Under the pieces are notes generated by a model. It did no database searches. It saw only the letters and a program-made list of their open reading frames with translations, and was not told the origin of the DNA. Source: Schmidtea polychroa (lineage: Eukaryota). Taken from it: a DNA stretch of 64,000 nucleotides. The stretch is from the NCBI GenBank assembly GCA_044892525.1, contig CM097886.1, positions 16,616,001-16,680,000 of the forward strand, written 5' to 3'. This document shows, one piece after another, positions 25,770 to 38,120 of this stretch (its first letter is position 1; every line of letters begins with the position of its first letter). Both the position numbers and the translations under genes were made by a program.

Positions 25770-26151
25770 AAAACTGACTAGATTTATTTTTGACAGTTGC
25801 GGTATTTCTATGTAAATTTTCAAATGCTATTTTCTGTAATGCTTGTACTGAAATATTGAATAAATTTACATCAATTGATTTTTGATTATTTATTTGGATC
25901 AATGTGAACGATTTTTAATATCAATAAATTATATTTGTATTTTTTGTTTTAATGAACCAATTAATAATTTTGTTTATGGTTTAATTTTAACTAGAATAAG
26001 TCGGTGATATGTTTTGAAAAATAAGTTTCAAATATGACGCAAGAGTTTTTATTTCTGTTTCTTTTTCCAAATATAATTGATCAATATCTTACTGTTTTAT
26101 GTTTACCATGAATTCTCGTCAGCGTCTTCAAGTTTTCTTGATAGATACAAA

Positions 26152-26372
26152 CAGTGCTTTTTTCTGACGGAACGGCGTTCCGGCACCTTTTTTCGCTGAA
26201 TGATTTTTAAAAATTGACATGTTTTGGTAATAAGTTACTAATAACTAATAAGTGTATATTTCGTGTCCTGCATAATTATTTTATTTGTTACCTAATTTCA
26301 GCGTCATTTTTTTGCATATAAAGTATAGTACAGACACTTTCCGGCACCTTTTTTTCCAGAAAACAAGCACTG
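26152..26372. mobile_element. hAT-type MITE
   Basis: TIRs cagtgcttttttctg / cagaaaacaagcactg, 8-bp TSD gatacaaa on both sides, and an internal repeat ttccggcacctttttt. Confidence 0.8.
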
Positions 26373-29300
26373 GATACAAAAATAATTTTATATTTTTGGT
26401 AGTTTTATTGTATGATGATTTATCTGGAAAAAAATAAAAATATGATTTTTATGCAAGGTGGAATTTTTGATAAATAAATTAGACATAGAAGCATATCTGG
26501 TCATTAATCACAAAACTAGTTTTCAGCTAATAGAATTACAACTTTGTATTAATCAGTAAAATCTTAATTTTGTCACCATTCACAGTTTTCATATTTCCTT
26601 TATCTTCATTTCTTTTGTTTATTATAGATATAATAATAAATTTCAAAAAAAGTCTTCAGTTGAAATTTATTTGTCTAAAATTATCCTTAAAATGAACCCT
26701 TAAACTAGACCTTGGAACATGTAATTTGAAGTATCCGAAAGATCCAATAAGAAATATTTATTTTCTTTCCGTGTATATTATCGATTATCGCCAGCGATAA
26801 GTCTACTAACTACCATTATAGAAATTTAGTGAGGAAGCCTCCCACTTAAGAAATGCTGAATCGAGTAAAACGTTTTTCAAAAGAATTCAAAGTAAAGACT
26901 ACTTATAGATTAGATATCGATACCGGATGTTTTCCAAATATCCTTTGTGACGGGAAGAAAATCTCAAAAGTGTACTTGGTGACTCCTTGAAATGATAGAG
27001 ATTGAAATTCTCTTTTGAAGACTTTAAAGTATTTCAATCATTTAAACAATATTTGAAACGTGATAAACTAATTTTGAGTGATGGAAGAAATCAAAAGTTG
27101 ACGGATGATTGCAATCGCGATTGCTAAATGATATAAAATTACAAAAGTTCGTGTTTGCGGGTGTGGATTTCCTTTTTATTTCAATAATATTAATTCAATA
27201 TTATAATCTCGCATTATTAAGTTTGTCTTACATAATTTGATACTTTTGTTAGTATTTATGTTGTCGAATTTCAAATTTGCAAAGTCTTCACTTGAAACCT
27301 GTGCAATTTGATCGAATATCTTATTATATGCAAATTAATAACGAATATGTTCATATTTGACTTCGGTATTAGGATCACTTCATTTCGTTCGGTTCTTTGA
27401 TCATTCTCATTTCGTGGCGTGTTTGGATTGATTAATAGTATTTTTTCAAAAGAAATACGCTCTTTCAAAATCTGAAGCTTAAAGACCTGATCTCATTTGG
27501 TTTTATATTTACAAAATTGTTGACACGGTTTTAAAATAATAAATTATAATTAAAATAATCGAAATAATGAATGATGACAAAAGATATGAAAAGGGAAACA
27601 ATTATTGGTCAATACCAAAAGGTATGAAGATAATAGACCAATGAATGAAGGAGAAATTATTTAAAAATTGATTAAATTATTGAAATTTAAACAGGAAAAT
27701 ACCGCTAGTACAGATTAATTATTAGAAAATAAGGAAAATAAGAAAAATACATAAATCTTAGGAAACGGAAATTACGAGTGACATGTCATTGGTATTATGA
27801 TGCGTTGATTAAAATTAATAATTACCAATGATAAAAAGAACTATTAAAAGAAATTTCTGTGTGTTGGAGACAGAAAATTGCATAGATAAAACCGGGAGAG
27901 AAAAACGTTCGAAAGGGTTTCGTATTATTGTAGAAAATATATTAGAGAATACATGGATAAATTATTGATAGGAGATTTTACTAATTAAAGGAGAAGATGA
28001 GTTGTGAGTTAAATTATTGAATAAAAATGGTTATTAAATGAAATTCAGTGAAATCAAAAGATAAGTAATATTTCCTGTGAGAATATAATTAAATTAATTA
28101 AATAAATAATAAAATATTAAATGAATGTATGTTGTGGATTGATGTGGTGTACAAATTCCTTATGCTTACATTACTCGACGTTTAATAAAAATACTTACCA
28201 AGATGACGCTAACTCTAAATGAAACTTTTTATAATGTTTTTGGAACAACAGTACAACTTAAAGAGACAATTTTGTCCTTGTATGCTGATTTATTAAAGCA
28301 TTTCATTTATTTCAAAAATGAGCATTTGTGGAAAGGAAACAAAAAAAATCAGTCAGTAAATATATCAGGGAAATCGTCTCTTTTGATGTCACATAAATAT
28401 GAGAGAAAGCTTCTATATTTATGGTGGGTTATAGGTAACCATAATTGTACCTTTTCATGCTGTTATCAGCATACCAAAGAATACAACGTTTACTTACCAA
28501 TCAATACCCATTTATGTGTCGAATGGACGAATGTTAGAAAAAATGAGCTCATTCTGGTGAACTATAGTTAGCTAGCATTCTCCCGGGTTAGCTGACTATC
28601 GATGGAAGATATGTATCCGATTTACTTCACGGTTCTTGCTGTCATTTAACACTCAAGAATTATTAACACTCAAGAACATGTAAGAATTATAAGAAAATTA
28701 TACCTACATAATTAATTTAAATTTTATTACTAACAAAATAAATTATTTATCTCAATTTTAATCGATTTGCGATTGAACATCCGTTGTTCAACATTTCAGA
28801 TTTAAACTCTACATATCATCGTAATCCGAATGGTTTAAATTAATCAGTAAGATAATTTTATTAAAGCTCTCATTTATTTTGATTTATGTTTACTGCAAAT
28901 TATTATCTAATTTAAAATTTTATAAATTATGTTTGTCCTATTATTCTGAGAAACCAAATTAGTTTTGTTGAAGCTATACATTGCTTATATTTATAAGTCG
29001 AAAACCCTATTTAAAAAATCGGCAACCAAATTGTGCTATGAAAGTAGTTCGTCACCAATTATCAAAATTTAATTACAGAAGCAGCCATCACCTATAAAAA
29101 CGAACCACAATATAAATTACTCAGCAAACTCAACAAATACTATTGATTAACTATTGCAAACTGCTGTCAGATAAAGTAAATTAATCTCGCATGTTAATCA
29201 ACCAAAAATTAAAATAATTGTTTGATAATCTAACTTTAATAAAATAAATTGCAATTCAACAAATATCGCTTATGCTTCTACGTTGTTCTTTAGAAAATAA

Positions 29301-30416
29301 AAAATTATACCAACACTAAAATATGCCTATGAAAACAAATTCGACAAATTACACTGTCACAAAATTTCCTTCCCCAAATAATTTATCTACTTTTGTAAAA
29401 TTTGATTGTATGTTATGTTATCTATTTTCTCTATTATGGCTACCGGGCAGATATCGATTGTTGAAACTGCATATTCATCGATTATTCAATTTAATTGTTC
29501 AAACTATTTATTCATCAATTATTGTGCTAGTGTTTGTTAAATTTAATTTTATCTACTGTTACTCTTATTTGGGACTCATGATCAAAATTTATGTACAAAA
29601 CTTCAATCACGTTTTCTGGATATGAGATTGTACAATTTATATAATTAATGAAGCATTTATGTGTCACTTACCAGTATTTGAAGCTTTAAACCGACATTTA
29701 AAAAGCCGAACATAAAATGTTGTCATAAGCATAGATTTGTATTTTTCTAAAACAGCTTTGTATTTATAAATGAGTTTGTGTATGGGAGTTTGCATGTGTG
29801 TATTTGTGCATTATTGGCATCATGTGGCTATGAACCTAGGGATGGATTCATACGTAATCAAATCAAGTTTAGAAAATGAACTTCCGAAATTCGACAGCAA
29901 GGTTAACTTTTTCAGATCGGGTGTGGGATTTAAAGATGATAAGTAACTAAGCTGAAACATTTTTGCGGTTTCTGTTTTTACAATTAGAGTCAAGAAACAA
30001 TAACATTATTGAAATTAGACTACATTTTGAAGTCTTCATTGTTTGGCGTAAAGATTGAAATATAACCGATCAAACCTAATACTACCTTAACCAAACTTTG
30101 AAAGACACAAAGTACTTCGGGATACGATAAATAAATTTCTTTTGAAATGTAGAACTGGAAGATGATAATCTATTCATTTTTTCATTTAATAGAACCATTT
30201 AATTCGACCTTTTTCACTCCACCCTAATGTGGAATATTGTTAAAATATTGTTAAAATCAATAAAGAACTCCAAACATCAAAAATGCAAAAATTAATTAAA
30301 ATTTACTAAAAATCGAAAATCAATAATGAACGGGGGAAGCGGATATGGTTGAACGCCAAATCGAAAGACAAATACAGAAATTATAAAGTGATGATTTCTT
30401 GGTAGCAACATTTATT

Positions 30417-30524
30417 ATTTAAAACAATAAAGTGATAATTTAAGTCTTTTGCTGTGAATAATGTATTTAATTAAATACATTATTTGCAGCAAAAGGCTTA
30501 AATTATCACTTTATTGTTTTAAAT
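30417..30524. repeat. 108-bp near-perfect palindrome (foldback)
   Basis: Arms tttaaaacaataaagtgataatttaag...aataatgtattta and its reverse complement, with 3 mismatches. Confidence 0.85.
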
Positions 30525-31474
30525 ACAGAAATTATAATGAAAATTTAATAAGGAGTTCACAGGGAAAGTTATAACGAAAAAACAAATTAATTATAGTTAA
30601 TTAATCCGTAATGGGAAGTCCAAGCTAATGGAAAGCCTGAGTACTGGAAGCAACCCGAAGGGCATTGAGACCCGTTTTATTAGATAGGAAAGCAAACTCA
30701 CCCGAGCGCTAGTCCAGAGCAAACAAATTAAAATGATTTAACAACCCTCAAAATATTTACCCAAGATTCCTGAAAGCTAACTATTTGTCATAACCCTAAA
30801 TTTTGTGGATAATTGCCCTCTTAGAAAAAATATATAAAGAGAGCTCATAAACAGACAACCGCCAGTTGGTCGAAGAAACAAGAGAGAATTTGTGTGAATA
30901 AGTCAGTAACTAATCTAAAGACAAAATCTAGTGATTGAAAGCAATTTTAATTCTCGTACCAGAAAAGGTGAATGCCCCTTGGGTTTCCTACCTTCGCGAG
31001 TAATATTTATTGGAGAGAAAGGTACAAATCTAGTGACGAATTGAAATTTTGATTGAAGTTTAATAAAGTTATTCTGTACTGGGTTACGATATATTTGTTT
31101 AAATAAGAACACGAGGAGTCAGAGAAAACAGACTTGAAAAATAATAACTTCACAGTATTACAATTGCATGTTTCTGTTGGGAGTATCTTAAATAAATTTT
31201 GCTATTTAAAGTCTTCTTCTAACCATCATGGATAAATTATTATAGAAAATTTTCAAGAAAAAAATTGGCATCCAGGATTTTCACAAGTCTTTATTAATTA
31301 AATAGAAAATGTTCTTGAAAGTTCATTTAAAACACGAAGAAAACCATCAAACTCAAAGCTAATAACTATGATAATATTATAACAATAATAAGTTAAATAA
31401 TTTTTAAAAAATATCCTGCGATTTCAAAGAGCAAATATGTTTTCCTGAAAAATCAAAGAATGTTCATATACAGT

Positions 31475-31702
31475 TAAGGTGACCAGATTTTTAGATGGGG
31501 AAAGCGGGACAACTTTGAAGGAAGGGGGTATCAACAAAAATTTTCATATAGAATAAAAATAATATAGTAATATTTTTTTGATTTTTAACGTAAGTACAAT
31601 TTATAAATATAAAAAATTGTATAATATTTTATTCCTTGACATATTTTTTATTCATTTTCACGCAGGATAAATCGTGAAAAATCGTGACGTCTGGTGACCT
31701 TA
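31475..31702. mobile_element. hAT (Tip100-like) MITE
   Basis: TIRs taaggtgaccaga / tctggtgacctta; flanks tatacagt / tgtacagt (8-bp TSD, 1 mismatch). Confidence 0.7.
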
Positions 31703-32368
31703 TGTACAGTCCCGGATTCCGGTTGAGAAACCTTAAGATAGATATGATTATGAGACTTCCACGATTCCTTTCATTATTTGAATAAAACTCCGTCCAACAG
31801 TTAACAGCTCGCGATTTGATGGTTTCTTAAGGTCTACAGACATTTTGACCTGAAACATTATGAGAATTGAATGCAAACTTCAGATTTCAGAAAGTATAAA
31901 CAACCTATTTATGACATTTTTCAAATGCTTCATGATTCCACAGGTCTGTCACAAGAAAACGAAAATAAACGCATTACCAACGGCAACTTCCATAATTAAA
32001 ACATCTTTGCTAAACAAAATCCGCTCAGAAAATTCTCACCGTTTGCCAAATTTCAGTTCGCAAATTTTATAGACTTGATTCCCACAGGGGATTAATTGCC
32101 CGGCGTTTTCAAGAGTTTTTCGATTTGGCGTCTGAAAATATTTTTCGAATTTGTTTCAATCTATTTTTACATCAAATTTGTATTCATTTCTTCTCATAAC
32201 CCTCCATAGGCATATATGAACAACTCCATTGATAAACATATATATTGCAGACATTTCTCTAAACATATTTTGAAACTTCAAATAATTTTCAGACAATTTT
32301 AAAATGGTTTTCAACGAATTAAATTTCTAATTATGCATGAAAAATTCAATTTACAATTTTATTTTCAA

Positions 32369-32371
<3 letters not shown>

Positions 32372-32435
<64 letters not shown>
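32372..32435. repeat. (ATT)n microsatellite
   Basis: Directly visible; it explains the poly-Ile ORF 32337-32519. Confidence 0.95.
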
Positions 32436-32438
<3 letters not shown>

Positions 32439-35138
32439 AATAATATTGTTGGGTTTTATGATATCAAAATCAACCGTTGTGTTGGGCTGAATCGAAGGGT
32501 ATCCAAGAAATTAGGTTAAACATAATTAAATTAAAATAAAAATAAAACAAAAACAAATTTAAGAATAAAATAGAATAGGATATAAGAAAAATAATAAATT
32601 AGAAAATAAGAGTTAAAACAAAAAATATAAAAATAAGGAAAATTGAAATAGGACAATAGAATGACAAAAAATAACGTAAAATGTAGTAAATAATAAAGAA
32701 ATTAAGGAAAATAAATAAAAAACACAATAAAACTAAAGAAAATAGGAAAAAATAACTCAAAAACAAGAAAAATAAATTAAAGCAATAAAATTAAGCGGCA
32801 CTCAATTCTGATTGGTCCGCACACATCAAAAATTAATATATAAGGAAACACAAAAATTATAAACTTACAGTTAAACAACCAACTTTACAGGTAAGATAAA
32901 TTTTAACAGTGACAGTTAAACAACCAACTTTACAGGTAAATAGCAGCAACGCACGAGAATCAATCTAGATACCAGGAGATATTATCAAACAGTTAACAAT
33001 CGACGTAAATTCCGAGTAACCATTTATTCGATTCGATACCTTCCGACTCAGCCTATAAATCTATACGAATTACTTGGTAAGAAATTTTTCGATTTATACT
33101 TTTATCTAAGTAATAGTAGTCATGTAATTTTATGAAATAATTATAAATTTAAACTGAAAATAGTTTCCTTTTCGTTTGATTCCTAATGATAAATTTGCTA
33201 ATTAGATGATTTAGTTAATTAATAAAATGAATTATTATGAACTTTTTATGATTGATTTTCATGCATTATTATTTAATGATTATAACTTTTCGAGAAACGT
33301 GGCGTTGAGATACTCTAGTGTCATGGTGTGAGGTGCCTTCGGGAGCTCCACCGGTGGGCCTAGGGTATTTCAATCACGCAGCTGATTCGGGCCGTAATGT
33401 GGGGGCTTCCTCACGGGTCCGTCGCTGAAGATGCGACTAAAATATGTGAACAATACTGTAGAGATGGTAACTATCAAGCAATGGGAAGTGTAGTCATATG
33501 AGAAAAATCTTGTTCGAGAGTTCGCGCAGTGATTGAGGGCGTCATACTATTGTCTTTATCAAATTGAAATTGGTACTATCATCTAAAGATCTATACAGGA
33601 TTTTCCGTTAAATCAGTCTGGACACCAGTTATAGCATATTATCTGCGTTCATGATTCCACTCGAAATTATTCCCGAAACCTTCAGCCTAAGGATCTTCCC
33701 AACTGCTACTTTCATCATCTATATCCATCACGTACAATCAACTTTGCTGCGTCTCTCTAAAAACCTACTTGTGGTAAATTGTGACAAACAAATAGTTCTC
33801 AAAAATAATAAACCATAAAATAATAACGAATCTAGTCAGGAAAAATGTATTTATAAAAACAATCAAACATGTCGTTCCCTTGTATATCGAATACCAAACG
33901 TTTGTGGCAACTGATGCAAAGTTAGGATGGGAGGTAACTGATCCGATAGACCCTCCATGGGCATAAAATCCGAGTCTTAGAGATGTCACAGAGGGTGATG
34001 GAATAGCCGCATTTCGTCGAATTATATTTTCCAGCGATAGTTAATGAATTTCCAACTCGATATAGACAGTGGGCATGTTGATGGTGATAAAATCCATGAG
34101 GGGAGTAGAAATTATAGCTTGAGTAGTTGACCAGTTTGTCTACGAAACAAATTCCATCTAGTAATAGCGGCACGCAAAATCTGCCTATGCAAAATTTCCA
34201 CGAGAGATAGAAATTCAACACGGCGTAATACAGCATCTGATAATTCATGCAAGCTGCCAAATAAGATAAGAGTCTCACGAAGTGAGTACCCGCACACATG
34301 TGTAAATGCACACATTGCAAGTTCTAATCGCCAAAGTCCACATGCTGGTGCTCACCAATAATAACACGCATATCACTAGCCATAATTCTATGAGTCTATC
34401 TTCCAGGTGATACGTTCCTTGAGATCGCATAGTCATCTAACCCGATAGTAGATAATTCACCGCGAACGGCTAACATGAGAAAAATCCACCGGGTGTGTCA
34501 GATGAAAATCTCGGCTATTTACCGAAAGCACTAGACATGAGTGATGATAACACGAGTCACCAACAACTCAATAATTAATTTTAAATTAGTAAATAAATGT
34601 GTGATTTGAAAATAAAATTATAATAAATTATAGGCAATATAATCGAAAGCCTAAACAAAATACAAACAAAATGCAACTCAATTAATCCAAGTCTATTACT
34701 GGAACTGCAAAAATTTAATGTTTTTACTTAATGATGAATTAAAACCAACTTATCTAATTATCTATAAAATCATTATAAGGATTAGCTAAATTTTCACTTA
34801 GTAATTATTTGGTTCGGGTTGAATTTCCAATGCTATTTACCCTCTTCAAGAAAATTTCCGTCATCAATAATTCCTCTTAAACATGTAATTTTCATTTTCT
34901 TTAGTAATGATGTGCAACCTTCGTTAAGTAAAGCCTAATGTTGTCAGTTGAATTTCTAGTGGATAAACACCCAGAGTGCGCATAGGTTGATGGCATAGGA
35001 AATCCCTCTTGATAAATAATCCGTTTATCTTTTCCTGTAAAAATGTCTAATATTGATTAACGCATGGTGGCGAAAAATGATGATTTTCTAAATTTGATCT
35101 ATCCCATTTAGTGTTATTATTCTTCTTAGCTAGTAGAC

Positions 35139-35888
35139 ATGTTACCCACTGCAAAAACCGTCCTCAGACCCTGTTTTTCTTGTTCCGACAAGAATTCAAT
35201 CATCAAGGATCTGCAGGCCCAAATCGGAAAGTACAAAAAGAAGATGGACGAGTTAGAGAGGACATGGTTTAGTCCCGCCCAGATGAAAGAGACCCAAAGG
35301 AAATTACACCGAAGCGAACATTGCCGGGACGCTCTAATCTCCGAGAGTCGTGCCCAAAGGAGTTTGATCAAGGAGCAGTCCGAGGCGCTGCATAAAGTGT
35401 ACATCCAGGCCGCGGCAACTAGAAAGATAGTGAAAATTCCCATCGGTGAAGCCGACAATCTCTTTCCGGCCCACCATGATACTTCTGCCAAATCACCGCT
35501 CCCTTCGAAAAAACCTTGCCGGCCGTGCGTAGAAACACAACTCTCGCCAGAGCAACTAGAGGTGGCTTTTGTTGGAAATAGTCGGGTACTGCCTAACGTC
35601 GCCTCTACATCGGCGGTAGCCCCAAACAATTCATCGACCAACAAGCCAAAGCGTCGGCAGCTATCAAGGGCTGAACGCAAAAGGAAACAGCGTGAGCGAA
35701 TAGCTGCGAAGCAGCCCAAGCAACTGCCGGACCTCGGGAGTAATGTCAATAACGTCCCTGCTATGATTGACCTAACAACAAGCACACTAGGGCGGATCAT
35801 ATCAGCCGCTGGGGTGACGTGGGATGAAAACGCCTCCGAATTCTTCGATTTGGACGAGTTGCTCGCCGACTCCGAGTGGGAAAAATGA
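35139..35888 (+). CDS. Intronless 249-aa hypothetical ORF in a GC-rich island, probably a mobile-element accessory gene
   Basis: Open ORF with CxxC, a coiled-coil stretch, a basic NLS-like segment (KPKRRQLSRAERKRKQRER) and an acidic C-terminus. Much more GC-rich than the flanks. No recognised family. Confidence 0.45.
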   Translation: MLPTAKTVLRPCFSCSDKNSIIKDLQAQIGKYKKKMDELERTWFSPAQMKETQRKLHRSEHCRDALISESRAQRSLIKEQSEALHKVYIQAAATRKIVKIPIGEADNLFPAHHDTSAKSPLPSKKPCRPCVETQLSPEQLEVAFVGNSRVLPNVASTSAVAPNNSSTNKPKRRQLSRAERKRKQRERIAAKQPKQLPDLGSNVNNVPAMIDLTTSTLGRIISAAGVTWDENASEFFDLDELLADSEWEK

Positions 35889-37587
35889 GGATTTTCCCGT
35901 GAGATGACCTCATCCGTCGGAGAGTCCTGAATCAACTAATATCGTTTCCTGTCCTTGTGTTTTTCTCTTATTCTAATTTTGATGTATAAATTACGACGCG
36001 CCTGTATTGCAATGTTTGAAAATAAACCATTTTTGTCTGTATACGGTTTTTGTTTTTCGTTCATAAGGGATTTAACATTGAGTGGTAAATAGCATTGAGG
36101 TTTTTTTAGATTCGAAGAGTATTGTTCAATTTGCAATCCAAACCAAGAGCATGGCGACAGGGTGACAGAATGTGTAGACGTAAGTCCTTCTATCGGCAGT
36201 CAGGGTTAGGAAGTCGGGGTGTCAGTGAGGAGTAGTCCGAAGGAGGTGGCTCACCTGCTCACTGGCACCTCGCCATCATAGCACAGTTCTAACGTGAAGC
36301 AATTCACGGGTGCTATGTTGGAGTATAGATTATGTACGGGCCCTGCTCGGGGTGACACAGTAATGACAGGTATAATCGTAACGGGCGTTCATCCCCTAGG
36401 CTAGAAGGTCGAACTAAGTGTGGTCAACCGAGTAGTGCCCCAACAGTTGGTTACTCTGACTCCACGTGTTCCAAAATCAATATACAAAAACTCCCAACGT
36501 ATATTTGTTTTATAACAATTCACAACTCAACAATTAATCACACTGTTGGTTAATCGCAATTCTTACACAATTTCAGATCGAACTCCGCTCTGGAAGGTCT
36601 CGGCCTTGTACTATTAAAAAAATAGGTTTCACCTATTGTTTGATTCCGCTCTCTGATCCGAACTCCTTCCTTTCTGACTCCTAAATTCCTCTTATAATTC
36701 CTTTTTCCTTTTTATTTTTATTCCTTGAACTCCTATCGTCTGTTTCTTCGTATCCCTACCTAAGGCTATCGCCGATTATGTGAATTTTGAGTTTCCTTAT
36801 ATACTCCCATAATCGTTGTAATTGCCCCATTTTTGACCTAATTGGTTTTGACTTCTTCAGCTATCATTCCCTAATTGACTATTTTTGTTGACCCTCTTCG
36901 TAATTCCCTGTCTTTTGTTTACCCTCGTTTATCCGATTGTTTGGATAATTGCCCTCTGAATTCCTCGTTTGTTTACCCTTCCAAATTGCCGTGCTCGGGT
37001 TTTCTTCATCGCTTGGGTTCTCCATTGGCTCGGGCTTCCCATTAGCTCGGGTTTCCCATTAGCCAATTAATTAATTAATTAATATTTTACGTTTTTCCAC
37101 ATTTGTCTGTTTTACGACCCTTTCTACACATTTTCTAACAATTTCTTGCTCACTGTCTTCTTCACCATCCCTTAATCTACCCCTCTCCCGTTTTCCAGCT
37201 TCAATTTCGATAACTTTTCACTTTATTCCACTTCCTCCGGTTTGCGCATTTTCCCATTTCATGTCTGATTGTACCCTTTTATAGTTCTGTTTTTATCATA
37301 TCTTTCTTTGCCATTGCTTCTCTGCTTGACCGCCATTCAATTTCGGCTTTCCTTTTAATCTGAACTATATAATTTAGTAATTTATTTTCAAACCTCAACA
37401 ATATTATTATTTTTTATTATTATAAATATAATTATTGTTAATTAAACTGTCGTCGAGGATTTTAACATCAAACGAATTTTGGTATATTCACATCATTTTC
37501 TAGATTAATAAAATTTTTTTTGTTGGGCAATCTACAATATCCATAAATCTAAAATATTTCGCATTCTAAAATTATTGAACTTATATA

Positions 37588-38120
37588 TGTTACGGTGAAA
37601 GTAGATATTGTGGCAAATGTACACATTTTCCGGTAAATGTGCACATTAGCCTCCTCATTTGGGTAATGTGCATTCAACTAACATTTACAATTTCAAATAA
37701 GGGAAATGTACATTGAATTTTCGGTTCTTGTTTGATATATCAATAAAGACCATATACTCCGAGTTTATCCGACAATATATTCTGTCCCCCTATGGGTATT
37801 GCTAGCAAGGGTACTGGTCACATTCAACATGTCGCAACATGTACCCTTGCTAGCAATACCCATAGGGGGACAGAATATATTGTCGGATAAACTCGGAGTA
37901 TATGGTCTTTATTGATATATCAAAATACTCTTATTTATAAATTAACTAAAACATTGGATATTTATATATTTAATTTTAATTTAATTTTAAGTGGGGGGAA
38001 ATATCAAACAAGAACATACATATACATTATATTCAGTTCACTTATACCTAACTTTTTGGGAAATGTACACATTTTACGGTAAAAGTGTACATTTCCCAAG
38101 ATTGTACATTTACCGTAACA
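37588..38120. mobile_element. Non-autonomous TIR element with TGT...ACA ends, superfamily uncertain
   Basis: Ends tgttacggt / accgtaaca within TA runs; internal repeats of aaatgtacacatt. Confidence 0.55.
37731..37924. repeat. Perfect 84-bp inverted repeat with 26-nt spacer
   Basis: 37731-37814 is the exact reverse complement of 37841-37924. Confidence 0.9.

Noticed and set aside
27800-28570. Possible LINE endonuclease (LIGDF) and 122-aa ORF
   Set aside because: Too degraded and the motif is too short to support a call.
32337-32519. Poly-Ile ORF
   Set aside because: Translation of an (ATT)n microsatellite.
33765-34320. Overlapping minus-strand ORFs in a GC-richer island
   Set aside because: No recognisable domain; fragmented across frames.
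36461-36472. TGGAACACGTG as a tRNA primer-binding site
   Set aside because: No adjacent LTR CA end and no matching tRNA recognised.
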